This document shows positions 19,210-29,169 of a DNA stretch of 64,000 nucleotides, in pieces (positions within the stretch are counted from its first letter, which is position 1; each line of letters opens with the position of its first letter). A program made the translations under genes and the position numbers. The DNA is from Hungateiclostridiaceae bacterium UBA1305 (lineage in GTDB: Bacteria; Bacillota; Clostridia; Acetivibrionales; DTU013): NCBI GenBank assembly GCA_002307275.1, contig DBTX01000068.1:3065-67064 (forward strand), given 5' to 3'. Under the pieces are notes generated by a model that was given only the letters and a program-made list of their open reading frames with translations, did not search any database and had not been told where the DNA came from.

Positions 19210-19605
19210 TTATCTCTTTGAGAACTGTGGCGCCCTTCTTGCTTTTTTGAGACCGTATTTCTTTCTTTCTTTCATTCTCGGGTCTCTTGTAAGGAATCCG
19301 GCTTTTTTAAGCACAGGCCTTAATTCTTCATTCAGCTTGAGCAATGCTCTTGAAATACCGTGTCTGATAGCGCCTGCCTGGCCAGTGAAGCCACCGCCTG
19401 TGACTTTGCACAAGACATCGAATTTTTCTGCTGTATCCGTCAGCACTAATGGCTGCTTTACGATAACCTTGAGTGTTGCCAGTCCAAAATAATCGTCAAG
19501 GGTTCTATCGTTAATAAGAAATTTTCCTTCTCCAGGAACAAGCCTGACTCGTGCTACAGATTTCTTCCTTCTACCTGTTCCATAATACTGAATTTTAAGT
19601 GCCAT
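19210..19605 (-). CDS. rpsI: 30S ribosomal protein S9
   Basis: [14 protein letters not shown]...C-terminal [12 protein letters not shown]. Confidence 0.97.
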   Translation of the reverse strand: MALKIQYYGTGRRKKSVARVRLVPGEGKFLINDRTLDDYFGLATLKVIVKQPLVLTDTAEKFDVLCKVTGGGFTGQAGAIRHGISRALLKLNEELRPVLKKAGFLTRDPRMKERKKYGLKKARRAPQFSKR

Positions 19606-19625
19606 ATTATTGCTCCTCCCTCCAA

Positions 19626-20060
19626 TTAAACATTAATTTCCAAAATTTCGGGTTTCTGTGCCTGCTGCTCGTGTTCAGCACCCTTGTAAACCATGAGTTT
19701 CCTGTACATTGCACGTCCCAGGCTGTTATGGGGGAGCATTCCCTTTACGGCAAGTTCTATTACCTTCTCAGGTGTTTTAGCCATAAGCGTCCTTGCATTT
19801 ACTTCCTTCATTCCGCCTGGCCAACCTGAATGATGTCTGTAAATCTTCTGATCCAGCTTGTTGCCGGTCAAAACAACTTTTTCCGCATTAATCACGATTA
19901 CATGATCACCTGTATCAACATGAGGCGTATAGGTGGGTTTGTTCTTGCCTCTCAATACACTTGCCACTTCACTTGCGAGTCTTCCCAGCGGCTTACCGTC
20001 TGCGTCGACTACATACCATTTCCTGTTAACTTCTTCGACTTTTGCCATGAAAGTTTTCAT
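19626..20060 (-). CDS. rplM: 50S ribosomal protein L13
   Basis: [20 protein letters not shown]...RLAS..A..LRGK. Confidence 0.97.
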   Translation of the reverse strand: MKTFMAKVEEVNRKWYVVDADGKPLGRLASEVASVLRGKNKPTYTPHVDTGDHVIVINAEKVVLTGNKLDQKIYRHHSGWPGGMKEVNARTLMAKTPEKVIELAVKGMLPHNSLGRAMYRKLMVYKGAEHEQQAQKPEILEINV

Positions 20061-20155
20061 GTGTTACCTTTCCTCCTTGACTACCCTAACATATATACAT
20101 ATCATACCGGCCTTAAACACAGCATGAAACTTGCCGGTCTTTTTGGCACTTTTTA

Positions 20156-20185
20156 ATAATAATACAGAAAGCTCACCTCTGTCAA
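20156..20185 (-). promoter_or_regulatory. Candidate sigma-A promoter for rplM-rpsI with a ~90-nt hairpin-containing leader
   Basis: Minus strand reads TTGACA (20180-20185)-18 nt-TATTAT (20156-20161). The leader contains ACCGGC-N21-GCCGGT (20107-20139). Confidence 0.45.
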
Positions 20186-20359
20186 GAGCAAATTACGATA
20201 ATTTCAATTTATCTCTCATTATCTCTCCTTTATTACCTAAATATACTTATATCTCTGTGTTAATCGTCCGCCATATCACTTTTTATAAAATCCGTGTTTT
20301 CCGAATCTTTTTTCGTTATAACGCATCAGTCCAAAGAAAATTTTCCGAGCCGCTTTCAG

Positions 20360-21121
20360 TTATACGCCCTGCGTAGTAAAGCTGTCGTCATAATAGACCT
20401 CAACGAGATACAAGCCATGGGCAGGGGCTGTCCTGCCCGCCTTCCTCCTGTCAAGAGCAGTGATCATATCAGGTACGGTGTCCGGGTCCATTTTGCCCTG
20501 GCCTACTTCAACAAGCGTACCTGCGATTATGCGCACCATGTTATACAGAAATCCATTTCCCATTACTGTAAATGTGATCAGCTCGTTATCCCTTTCAACG
20601 CAGGCTTGTGTTATTGTCCGGACAGCTGTTTTAACACTTCCCCCTGTCGAACTGAATGAGGTGAAATCATGCGTACCAATGAAATATGCGGCAGCGCGGT
20701 TCATTGCATCAACGTCGAGCGGATAAAAAATATGATACGCTCTATGCCGTAAAAGCGCCGAGGGGAAGGTGGAATTATAGAAAAGGTAGCGGTATTTTTT
20801 CCCTTTCGTACTGAATCGCGAGTGGAAATCAGGGGCAACCTCTTCTGATTTCTTCACTGTGATGTCCTCGGGCAGCAGTGTATTTAGTGCAAATGCGAAC
20901 TTATCCGCCGGAATGGTTGTTTCAGTAAAAAAATTGCACACCTGACCAAACGCATGCACACCTGTATCAGTCCTGCTTGCGCCTGTAATACTGCTTTTTT
21001 CACGCGTTAATTTGCTCACGGCATCCGCTACGATGTCCTGGACTGTCTTTGCATTGATCTGGCTTTGCCAGCCGTGATAAACCGTTCCATCATATTCTAT
21101 TGTAAGCTTGATATTTCTCAT
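20360..21121 (-). CDS. truA: tRNA pseudouridine(38-40) synthase TruA
   Basis: YDGT.YHGWQ.Q and GASRTDTGVHA catalytic Asp motifs. Confidence 0.95.
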   Translation of the reverse strand: MRNIKLTIEYDGTVYHGWQSQINAKTVQDIVADAVSKLTREKSSITGASRTDTGVHAFGQVCNFFTETTIPADKFAFALNTLLPEDITVKKSEEVAPDFHSRFSTKGKKYRYLFYNSTFPSALLRHRAYHIFYPLDVDAMNRAAAYFIGTHDFTSFSSTGGSVKTAVRTITQACVERDNELITFTVMGNGFLYNMVRIIAGTLVEVGQGKMDPDTVPDMITALDRRKAGRTAPAHGLYLVEVYYDDSFTTQGV

Positions 21122-21139
21122 ATTCTCTCTTTGAAGCAG

Positions 21140-22453
21140 CTAGTTCAGCAAGCCTGCAATGGCAGTGCCGATCAGTGTTCCATTGTCCACCTTCGCGAAC
21201 TCGCAGTAAATGCCTTTCGCTTCATTCGTATAGGTCTTGATATAGTGATCCAGTTTTGTCCTGAAAAGCTTCGATTTATAGAAGGTCGAGCCATCAGCGG
21301 TAATACAGGCAGGCGCACAGGGATTCCTGCCCTTTCCGGTTTTTTCAAGCACGGCTGTCAGGCTGAATGCCACATACTTTGCCGCCCTTTCAAGCACACC
21401 GTCTATGAGGTGGTAGAGAACGGTCCGATCCTCCTCATTGCCTGAAGCGTTGCAGCATACCGCCAAAGTATTACTTCCGAATGGCCAGAACAGGAAATCA
21501 TCGATCTCTTTGGATGCCAGGCTTTGAATACGCTCAAACGCAGATGCGAATTTTGATGTAATTATCCCATCACAAATAGCTTTCTTCAATACCGTATAAA
21601 TCAGCGCACCTTGGTACGCTCCCGATATCGCCTTTTCAAAAGCATAATCGCCCGGGTTAACCGTTGTTCTGTCAAGTTCCAGGTCCATTACTCCCCGCGG
21701 AGCCTTACTATAACCACCTGACTCCATATTTATCAGCATCGTACCGTCATTATTCCTGAGTTCGGGAACTTTACCGATGTTTGAACATTTCTCCGCATAA
21801 CAGATATTCGTACCGGTCCCGAGTATGAAACCGATATAGCTGTCAAAAACCCTTCCCGGTGATGACGCCTTTCCAGCCAGCAGCGTTGCAACGGTATCGT
21901 TGAGAACGATGATGCTCTTCTGCTCTGTGCAGCCACGTTTTCTGAAAACCTTCATGAGGCTTTCCCCGAGATTTTCGCCCTCCACATCCCTGACCTTCAC
22001 CTCTTTGGTGAATCTTATCAGCCTGCCATCCCTGTTCGGTAAGATTTCGACGGGATAGGAAAAACAGAAGCTGATTTTGCTGCTTCTGTGAAGTACAGGT
22101 ATAATGTAATCCGCCATTGTTTCAAAAAATTCATCCTTGGAGATTTCTCCTTTTGTACCCGGCATGGAATAGTTCTGAAAATCTTCTATCACTACTTTGC
22201 TATTTTCATCAAAATGGATCACAGCGACCCTGAAGTTGGTACCGCCGGCATCGATTGCAATGACGGGTTCATTCAGCGGCAATTCCTTTTCAACGCCGAT
22301 ATAGGTCGGGATCATCAACAGTGAAGATGAGCCGTCCAGCCCGCTTTGCATTTCGTTGGCAAATGTCTGGCAATTCTGCTCAAAGTCTACATTTGCCGCA
22401 TCCATACCATATTTGCTGAAAAAGCTTTTTACCTTTTCCTTCAAATCACTCAT
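21140..22453 (-). CDS. Hexokinase-family sugar kinase
   Basis: AIDAGGTNFRV, FCFSYP, LNDTVATLLAG, GFILGTGTNICY and INMESGGY match the hexokinase_1/_2 domain motifs. ATG at 22453 has a GGGAGG RBS with 6-nt spacing. Confidence 0.8.
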   Translation of the reverse strand: MSDLKEKVKSFFSKYGMDAANVDFEQNCQTFANEMQSGLDGSSSLLMIPTYIGVEKELPLNEPVIAIDAGGTNFRVAVIHFDENSKVVIEDFQNYSMPGTKGEISKDEFFETMADYIIPVLHRSSKISFCFSYPVEILPNRDGRLIRFTKEVKVRDVEGENLGESLMKVFRKRGCTEQKSIIVLNDTVATLLAGKASSPGRVFDSYIGFILGTGTNICYAEKCSNIGKVPELRNNDGTMLINMESGGYSKAPRGVMDLELDRTTVNPGDYAFEKAISGAYQGALIYTVLKKAICDGIITSKFASAFERIQSLASKEIDDFLFWPFGSNTLAVCCNASGNEEDRTVLYHLIDGVLERAAKYVAFSLTAVLEKTGKGRNPCAPACITADGSTFYKSKLFRTKLDHYIKTYTNEAKGIYCEFAKVDNGTLIGTAIAGLLN

Positions 22454-22489
22454 TGCGAACCTCCCACAGTTCAAGTCTTCCTATATTTA

Positions 22490-23293
22490 TTAAAATAACT
22501 GCAAAATTAATACGGTGGAGAATATAAGGAACGTTGTCAGTGAGACTGCCAGATCTGCAGCTGTAAACCTCAGCTGTCTCATTCTGGTCCTTCCCGTACC
22601 GCCCCTGTAGCACCTTGCTTCCATAGCCGTGGCCAGTTCGTCGGCCCTTCTGAATGCACTTACAAACAGAGGCACCAGCACCGGAACAAAGCTTTTGGCA
22701 CGCTGTACCAGATTGCCCGTATCAAAATCGGCGCCTCTTGCCGCCTGCGCCTTCATGATCTTATCCGTCTCCTCAAGCAGCGTCGGTATGAATCTGAGTG
22801 CGATTGACATCATCATTGCAAGCTCATGCGCCGGAATCCCTATCCTCTTGAACGGATTCAGCAACTTCTCGATACCATCGGTCAGCAGGATCGGCGTAGT
22901 GGTGAAGGTCAGCAGTGATCCGCTGATGATGATCAGTGCAAGCCTCGTCGCAAGTTTTGCAGCTAATATCAGGCCCTCCCAGGTTACATATTTAAGTGGG
23001 ACAACATCAGAAACAGGTGTTCCGATAGTCGTAAACACATTAACGACGGCAGTGAAGACGATTATGAGCAGAAGAGGCTTCAGACCCCTGAGAGTATATT
23101 TTAGCGGCACTCCGGATATCTCAACGCTGAGAATGATGAAAGCCGTTACAGCCAAAAAGGTCCAGAAGGAGTTTAAAAGAAAAATCACCACCATAAATAC
23201 GAGGGATAATATAATCTTCGTTCTGGGATCAGCCCGGTGTATGACGGAGTCACCGGGTATGTACTGGCCTATTGTTATATTATTCATCAGCAT
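22490..23293 (-). CDS. ecfT: Energy-coupling factor transporter transmembrane protein EcfT
   Basis: Polytopic protein with ARG..F and FRRADELATAMEARCY coupling-helix motifs. Follows the two ecfA genes. Confidence 0.92.
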   Translation of the reverse strand: MLMNNITIGQYIPGDSVIHRADPRTKIILSLVFMVVIFLLNSFWTFLAVTAFIILSVEISGVPLKYTLRGLKPLLLIIVFTAVVNVFTTIGTPVSDVVPLKYVTWEGLILAAKLATRLALIIISGSLLTFTTTPILLTDGIEKLLNPFKRIGIPAHELAMMMSIALRFIPTLLEETDKIMKAQAARGADFDTGNLVQRAKSFVPVLVPLFVSAFRRADELATAMEARCYRGGTGRTRMRQLRFTAADLAVSLTTFLIFSTVLILQLF

Positions 23294-24144
23294 TTGCGCA
23301 CCTTGCCTTTCAGGTGCCTGAGAAGTTCATCCCTCGCTGCAGCTACCGTAAATGCCCTGTCATCAATCTCTGGAAGAAAATCCTTCAGGCCCTGCATCAG
23401 GTATGCCACCTGAGGAGCGGACAAGCCAATTGCTTCAAGCCTTTGAGTATCTGCAAACACTTCTGCCACAGTACCGTCAAGCTCTATCTGACCCTTGTTC
23501 ATTACAATGACTCTATTGACAAGCCTGGCGATATCCTCCATGCTGTGTGATACAAGAATTACAGTTATGCCCAATGTTTCGTGTATTTTTAATATATTGC
23601 CGAATATCTCGTCCCGACCTTTCGGATCAAGTCCGGCTGTCGGCTCGTCAAGTATCAGTATTTCCGGTTTCATGACAAGAACGCCTGCTATCGCGACTCT
23701 TCGCTTTTGGCCGCCTGAAAGTTCAAACGGTGATTTTTCAAGAATCCCGGCATCCAGGCCTACGGCTTCAATTACTCTCATTATTTCGCTGCGGATCTGC
23801 TCCTCCGGAATTTTCTGTTTGTAGAGTCCAAAGGCAATATCTTTATATACCGTTTCATCAAACAATTGATGCTCGGGATATTGAAATACGACACCAACGT
23901 GCCGCCTGAGTTCCTTCAGATTTTTCCCGGCAGTGTCGGCGCCGTTGATCAGGACACGTCCTGAAGTCGGCTTCAACAGCCCGTTGAAATGCTGTATCAG
24001 CGTCGATTTTCCGGAACCGGTATGTCCAATGATCCCGGCGAATTCACCATCATTTATAGTAAGGTTGATATCCTTCAATGCTGTTTTTTCGAACGGTGTT
24101 CCCTGCATATATATATATGAAAGATTTTCTATTATGATCGGCAT
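23287..24144 (-). CDS. ecfA2: Energy-coupling factor transporter ATPase EcfA2
   Basis: Walker A GHTGSGKST, signature LSGGQKRR and Walker B ILILDEP. Confidence 0.93.
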   Translation of the reverse strand: MPIIIENLSYIYMQGTPFEKTALKDINLTINDGEFAGIIGHTGSGKSTLIQHFNGLLKPTSGRVLINGADTAGKNLKELRRHVGVVFQYPEHQLFDETVYKDIAFGLYKQKIPEEQIRSEIMRVIEAVGLDAGILEKSPFELSGGQKRRVAIAGVLVMKPEILILDEPTAGLDPKGRDEIFGNILKIHETLGITVILVSHSMEDIARLVNRVIVMNKGQIELDGTVAEVFADTQRLEAIGLSAPQVAYLMQGLKDFLPEIDDRAFTVAAARDELLRHLKGKVRKC

Positions 24145-24239
24145 TTACTACTCCCTTATCCAATATGTCAACCCCTGGCCGCAGATATGTGACGCTTACC
24201 CTGGCGAATGCATCGGACGGCTTTTATGGGTACAATCAT

Positions 24240-24267
24240 ATTATAATAATACCGGGGATAACTGCAA
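24240..24267 (-). promoter_or_regulatory. Candidate sigma-A promoter for ecfA2-ecfT
   Basis: Minus strand reads TTGCAG (24262-24267)-16 nt-TATAAT (24240-24245). Confidence 0.45.
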
Positions 24268-24453
24268 GCTTTTTTTCTTGTATCCAGTGCGTAGAATTAA
24301 CAAATTTGAGCCTGCTTGTTTCAAAAAATCCCTTATGATATAGTTATGAATAGATTCCTTTGACAAAGATATCCTATTACAGCATACATATAGCCAAGGC
24401 CGTTTTGGGCTACATAACATTTTAATTATTCTGCAGGTCAGGAAGAGGCAATC

Positions 24454-25053
24454 ATGAACGAGCATTATTACACAGAACAACCGACATCGGAAATCAAGGA
24501 AAAGAATTTCACAGCAGAAATCAATGGCGTTGAACTATCCTTCACATCGGTCAGCGGGGTTTTCTCGCACGAGAGCAAGGTGGACAGGGCGTCCGAGTTG
24601 CTGATCGAGACCTTCAGTCCAACCGGAAAGTCCGTGCTTGACCTCGGCTGCGGATATGGAGCTGTGGGACTATTTATAAAAGCGCGGTATCAGGGGCAGA
24701 TCGTCTGCCTTTCAGATATCAATGAAAGAGCGGTGGATTATTCACGGCGGAATGCTTCGAAGAACAGGCTGGAGGTAAAAGCCGTCAAAAGTGACCTGTA
24801 TTCTGAATTTGAAGGAACAGCCTTCGATGATATTGTGACTAATCCGCCGATTGCTGCAGGAAAGACGCTCCTGATACAGCTGATCAATGAAGCATACGAC
24901 CACCTCAATCCAAAAGGTGCGCTTTGGCTGGTCGCCTTTCACAACAAGGGCGGTTCGACATTGAAGGGAATCATGAAGAATCGTTTCGGAAATGTGGAAG
25001 ATATGGAGAAAAGCGGCGGAATAAGGGTGTATAAGTCAATTCGAATTATCTAA
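24454..25053 (+). CDS. Class I SAM-dependent methyltransferase (RsmC/RsmD-like small-domain type)
   Basis: SAM motif I VLDLGCGYG and catalytic VTNPPI (NPPY-type) motif. Confidence 0.85.
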   Translation: MNEHYYTEQPTSEIKEKNFTAEINGVELSFTSVSGVFSHESKVDRASELLIETFSPTGKSVLDLGCGYGAVGLFIKARYQGQIVCLSDINERAVDYSRRNASKNRLEVKAVKSDLYSEFEGTAFDDIVTNPPIAAGKTLLIQLINEAYDHLNPKGALWLVAFHNKGGSTLKGIMKNRFGNVEDMEKSGGIRVYKSIRII

Positions 25054-25088
25054 AAACATAATATAAAATACAAGGAGAACGGTTCAAT

Positions 25089-25220
25089 ACAAAGGGGACG
25101 GTCCGAAACCACTGAAAAAGTACTGTTTCTGAAAAAATACCAACGAAGTTATGCGGGTTTCAAGCATCAAATTTCAGAAATAAGTGACTTTTTCAGCAAT
25201 CTCGAACCGTCCCCCCTTGT
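25089..25220. repeat. Long imperfect inverted repeat (~46-nt arms, ~37-nt centre) between the convergent methyltransferase and ecfA1 genes
   Basis: The left arm acaaaggggacggtccgaaaccactgaaaaagtactgtttctgaaa pairs with the right arm tttcagaaataagtgactttttcagcaatctcgaaccgtccccccttgt. Confidence 0.65.
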
Positions 25221-25280
25221 ACTTCTATGAATCCATAATCCCAGTAGAGTGCGTTGGAATCGTCCTTTATAAAATGAATG

Positions 25281-26165
25281 TTATGATTGCTGCTGGTTAA
25301 GGTACATAGTCAGGCACTGTATCGCCTCATCCACTGTGAGGATATCCTGCGGGAAATCGTAACCTGCTTTGTTCAGTTCATACATTAGTTCTGTCACCTG
25401 TGGGACATCAAGTCCCAGGCTTTTTATTTTTTCAACGTCTTTGAAGACTTCCTTTGGAGTTCCAAGCAATATGCCTTCACCGGAATCGATCACGAGGATT
25501 CTGTCGGCTTTACTGGCTTCATCCATATGGTGGGTAATATGAACGATTGTGATGCCCTCTTCCTTATTCAACTTCCTTAAGATGCACATAACCTCTTTCC
25601 TGCCGATTGGATCAAGCATGGCAGTGGCTTCATCAAGCACGATACATTTCGGCTTCATGGCCAGGATTCCTGCGATTGCGACCCTTTGCTTCTGTCCACC
25701 CGATAGCAGATGAGGAGCATGCTTTTTATATTCCGACAAACCTATCGTTTCAAGTGCTTCATCTACACGAATCCTGATCTCCAGAGGCGGAACGCCAAGA
25801 TTTTCCGGGCCGAATGCGACATCCTCTTCAACGACCGTACCGACGATCTGATTGTCGGGGTTTTGAAAGACCATGCCCGTAGAACTTCTGACATCCCAAA
25901 GCTGTTCCTCATTCATCGTATTGATCCCATTGACAATGACGGTCCCGACATCAGGCAGAAGCAATGCGTTAAACATCTTCGCCAGTGTGGACTTCCCGGA
26001 ACCATTCCTTCCAAGTATCGCAAGGAATTCGCCCTGTCCGATCGACAGGCTCACATCCTGCAGTGCAGTTACGTCATGCCGGTCCTCACTATGCGCTTTA
26101 TATACGTAGCTCACATGATTGACTTCAATTATGTTCTTTTCACCTGACACACCAGCATACCCCAT
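25281..26165 (-). CDS. ecfA1: Energy-coupling factor transporter ATPase EcfA1
   Basis: Walker [10 protein letters not shown], signature LSGGQKQR and Walker B CIVLDEA. First gene after rplQ, as in Bacillus. Confidence 0.93.
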   Translation of the reverse strand: MGYAGVSGEKNIIEVNHVSYVYKAHSEDRHDVTALQDVSLSIGQGEFLAILGRNGSGKSTLAKMFNALLLPDVGTVIVNGINTMNEEQLWDVRSSTGMVFQNPDNQIVGTVVEEDVAFGPENLGVPPLEIRIRVDEALETIGLSEYKKHAPHLLSGGQKQRVAIAGILAMKPKCIVLDEATAMLDPIGRKEVMCILRKLNKEEGITIVHITHHMDEASKADRILVIDSGEGILLGTPKEVFKDVEKIKSLGLDVPQVTELMYELNKAGYDFPQDILTVDEAIQCLTMYLNQQQS

Positions 26166-26270
26166 TTCAAGATCCTAAAAGTGGTAATTCAAAGCAAGAA
26201 CCGTCCCCTCTTTGAATTTAGGTGAGCTTCTCCGGCAATGACTTTGCAGGAGTGTCACCTTTCCACATAC

Positions 26271-26309
26271 AAACAAAATTAGGGATTGTACCGTAAACGG
26301 CAATCCCTA
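26271..26309 (-). terminator. Intrinsic terminator after rplQ
   Basis: On the minus strand, TAGGGATTG-N12-CAATCCCTA is followed by ATTTTGTTTG. Confidence 0.6.
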
Positions 26310-26341
26310 TTATTGTAATACAATTTTTAGCCAAGCCTTTA

Positions 26342-26869
26342 TTATTTTGTAAGTTCAAGTATTGCGGCCTCAGCTGCGTCGCCTCTTCTTGGCCCGAGTC
26401 TGTAGATTCTTGTGAATCCGCCGTTGATATCCTTGAATTTAGGTGCGATCTCATCAAACAGCTTATCAACAATGTTGATATAGTTGCCTTTTTCATCCTT
26501 AATCCTGTATACCCAGTTCATAGCTCTTCTTCTGGCATTTAGTCTTGTGGGGTTGTCAACTGTTACCATGTCAGTCTTGATTTCCCTGTCGACTACTGAA
26601 TACTTCCTGCCATTCTTTGAAGTAGCAGCCTTGGTTAACTTCTTTCCCTTGCTGTCAACTTTCACTACGCTGATTTTGATTTGCTTGGACGTTATATTGC
26701 CGATTTCCTTGATAGCCATGGCAATGAGCTTCTCAGCAATTGCCGCGACTTCCTTTGCTCTTGCTTCGGTGGTTTCTATTTTACCGTTCTGAAGTAACGC
26801 AGTAACCTGACTTTTAAGCATCGCTTTTCTCTGATCGGTTGCACGTCCCAACTTCCTCTGTGTTGGCAT
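26342..26869 (-). CDS. rplQ: 50S ribosomal protein L17 carrying a ~55-aa internal insertion
   Basis: N-terminal [14 protein letters not shown] and C-terminal [16 protein letters not shown]17 motifs. 175 aa, versus ~115-130 aa typically. Confidence 0.93.
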   Translation of the reverse strand: MPTQRKLGRATDQRKAMLKSQVTALLQNGKIETTEARAKEVAAIAEKLIAMAIKEIGNITSKQIKISVVKVDSKGKKLTKAATSKNGRKYSVVDREIKTDMVTVDNPTRLNARRRAMNWVYRIKDEKGNYINIVDKLFDEIAPKFKDINGGFTRIYRLGPRRGDAAEAAILELTK

Positions 26870-26896
26870 TTTAACTTTACCTCCCTAAAAACTTTT

Positions 26897-27844
26897 TCAA
26901 TCCTCGCTTGGTGCGAGTGACAATGAAAGGGCATGAAGCTTCTGGAGTACTTCTTCAAGTGACTTTCTACCCAGGTTTCTTACCTTCATCATGTCTTCTT
27001 CAGTCCTGTTGGTTAAATCCTCAACAGTATTGATACCGGCTCTTTTCAAGCAATTATATGATCTAACGGAAAGGTCAAGTTCCTCTATTGTCATTTCGAG
27101 GACCTTTTCCTTTTTGGTTTCTTCCTTCTCAACCATTATTTCCGTATGCTTTGCGTGATCCGAAAGGTCTATGAACAGGTTAAGATGTTCGCTCAATATC
27201 TTTGCTCCGAGGCTTATGGCTTCATCCGGCTTTATACTGCCGTTCGTCCAGACTTCAAGAGTAAGCTTGTCGTAATCTGTAACCTGACCTACACGGGTAT
27301 TTTCCACCGTATAGTTTACTTTCCTTACAGGCGTATATATTGAATCAACAGGTATTATTCCTATTGGTTGTCCTGTCTGCTTGTTTTTTTCCGCCGGTAT
27401 GTACCCTCTGTTCTTATTGAGTACCAGTTCCATGTAAAACCTGTGTTCCCCGTTCAATGTACAGATATGAAGATCCGGATTGAGTATTTCCACATCGGAA
27501 TCCGCCTTGATATCCCCTGCTGTAACAGCGCCTTCACCATCCGCATCGACATAAACGATCTTCGGTCCGTCACTGAAAAGCTTCATCGACAGGTTCTTTA
27601 CGTTGAGAATGATTTCAGTAACATCCTCGATAACACCAGGGACAATAGAGAACTCATGAAGTACTCCATCAACCTTGATTGAGGTCACTGCCACGCCTGG
27701 CAGAGAAGACAAAAGTATTCTTCTGAGGGAATTCCCCAAAGTGATACCATAGCCTCTTTCCAGTGGTTCAATAACAAACTTTCCGTAGCCGTTGTCTTCC
27801 GTAGACTGTACACATTCGATTTTTGGTTTTTCTATTTCGATCAA
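26897..27844 (-). CDS. rpoA: DNA-directed RNA polymerase subunit alpha
   Basis: IEIEKPKIE...[11 protein letters not shown] and the C-terminal domain [19 protein letters not shown] at 27844 has a GGGAGGG RBS with 6-nt spacing. Confidence 0.97.
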   Translation of the reverse strand: MIEIEKPKIECVQSTEDNGYGKFVIEPLERGYGITLGNSLRRILLSSLPGVAVTSIKVDGVLHEFSIVPGVIEDVTEIILNVKNLSMKLFSDGPKIVYVDADGEGAVTAGDIKADSDVEILNPDLHICTLNGEHRFYMELVLNKNRGYIPAEKNKQTGQPIGIIPVDSIYTPVRKVNYTVENTRVGQVTDYDKLTLEVWTNGSIKPDEAISLGAKILSEHLNLFIDLSDHAKHTEIMVEKEETKKEKVLEMTIEELDLSVRSYNCLKRAGINTVEDLTNRTEEDMMKVRNLGRKSLEEVLQKLHALSLSLAPSED

Positions 27845-28100
27845 CAAAAACCCTCCCTTAACTGGCAATTTTGTTTATATGAGGGCAACTGATTCGCAAT
27901 CCTTATATCATATTCAGTACTTGCCATTTAATACCCTGCTGCTAAATTCTGCGGTATAGTCAGTTGCTTGCCTGGCCATGAGGAGCGGAACTTTGGTCGC
28001 GCTCCTTCTGGCCTTGTTAACTGGTCATTACCGATGGACATCGTTTCGCAGCTGCGAAGCCGAGTCCCGATTCAGGTATAAATAGAGCGGTACTTTCCTA

Positions 28101-28727
28101 CTACTTGGAATACAATTCAACAATGAGATGTTCTCTGATCGGAAGATCGATCTCTTCCCTTGCAGGAAGCGACACAACCTTGCCGCTAAGATTCTCAGCA
28201 TCAAATTCCAGCCATTTCGGGACTACCTTGCCGCCTGCAATTTCAACAATAGATTTTACTTTCTCAGAACTCTTGAATTTGTCCTTTATAGCGACGATAT
28301 CACCGGGTTCAAGAAGTATGGAAGGTATATTTACCTTCTTGCCATTGACTGTGAAATGTGCGTGTGTGACAAGCTGTCTTGCCTCAGGTCTTGATGTTGC
28401 AAGACCAAGTCTGTATACAACATTGTCCAACCTGCTTTCAAGTATCTTCAAGAGGTTTTCACCAGTAATACCCTTTTGCTTGACAGCCATTCCGAAGTAA
28501 CCTCTGAACTGGCTTTCAAGAATTCCGTAGAACCTTCTTGCTTTCTGCTTTTCACGCAGCTGAATACCGTATTCTGACATTTTCTTTTTTTGTTGTCCAT
28601 GTTGTCCTGGAGCATATGCTCTTTTAGACACAGCACATTTGTTCGTATAGCACCTTTCGCCTTTGAGGAAGAGCTTTTCGCCTTCTCTGCGGCAAAGCCT
28701 GCAAGATGCATCAGTATATCTTGCCAT
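28101..28727 (-). CDS. rpsD: 30S ribosomal protein S4
   Basis: [26 protein letters not shown] zinc-type N-terminus and an S4 RNA-binding domain. Confidence 0.97.
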   Translation of the reverse strand: MARYTDASCRLCRREGEKLFLKGERCYTNKCAVSKRAYAPGQHGQQKKKMSEYGIQLREKQKARRFYGILESQFRGYFGMAVKQKGITGENLLKILESRLDNVVYRLGLATSRPEARQLVTHAHFTVNGKKVNIPSILLEPGDIVAIKDKFKSSEKVKSIVEIAGGKVVPKWLEFDAENLSGKVVSLPAREEIDLPIREHLIVELYSK

Positions 28728-28746
28728 CTATTCTAACACCTCCATA

Positions 28747-29151
28747 TTACACTCTTCTTCTCTTGGGTGGCCTACATCCGTTATGGGGAATAGGCGTTAC
28801 GTCCTTGATAAGGCTCACATCGAGTCCAGCAGCCTGCAAAGCTCTAATAGCAGCTTCTCTTCCAGCGCCTGGTCCTTTTACATAAACTTCAACGGTCTTG
28901 AGACCATGTTCCATTGCAGCTTTTGATGCAGTTTCTGCAGCTGTCTGTGCAGCAAACGGTGTGCTCTTTTTTGATCCCCTGAAGCCCAAACCGCCTGCGC
29001 TGGCCCATGAAAGCGCATTTCCTGCTGTATCGGTGATTGTTACTATTGTATTATTAAATGATGAACGGATATGTGCAGCACCACGTTCAATATTTTTACG
29101 TTCCCTTTTTTTCCTGGTGACTCTCTTAACACCAGCAGTTTTTGTTGCCAT
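28747..29151 (-). CDS. rpsK: 30S ribosomal protein S11
   Basis: [18 protein letters not shown]...[14 protein letters not shown]. Confidence 0.97.
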   Translation of the reverse strand: MATKTAGVKRVTRKKRERKNIERGAAHIRSSFNNTIVTITDTAGNALSWASAGGLGFRGSKKSTPFAAQTAAETASKAAMEHGLKTVEVYVKGPGAGREAAIRALQAAGLDVSLIKDVTPIPHNGCRPPKRRRV

Positions 29152-29169
29152 TCGGTCGTCAACCTCCTT

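Noticed and set aside
22629-23321. A 230-aa plus-strand ORF.
   Set aside because: It is antisense to ecfT and is Ser/Thr-rich with no motifs, so it is a shadow ORF. The same reasoning applies to the other antisense ORFs in the track (e.g. 833-1468, 3890-4489, 6999-7505, 18631-19122, 33144-33710, 39219-39872, 41661-42197, 60727-61173).
24241-24480. A 79-aa minus-strand ORF in the ecfA2/methyltransferase divergent region.
   Set aside because: It overlaps the methyltransferase start and the candidate promoter. It is Cys/Leu-rich with no RBS, so it is spurious.
26218-26496. A 92-aa minus-strand ORF overlapping the 3' end of rplQ and its terminator.
   Set aside because: It overlaps rplQ out of frame and spans the terminator hairpin. 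It has no RBS and no homology, so it is spurious.
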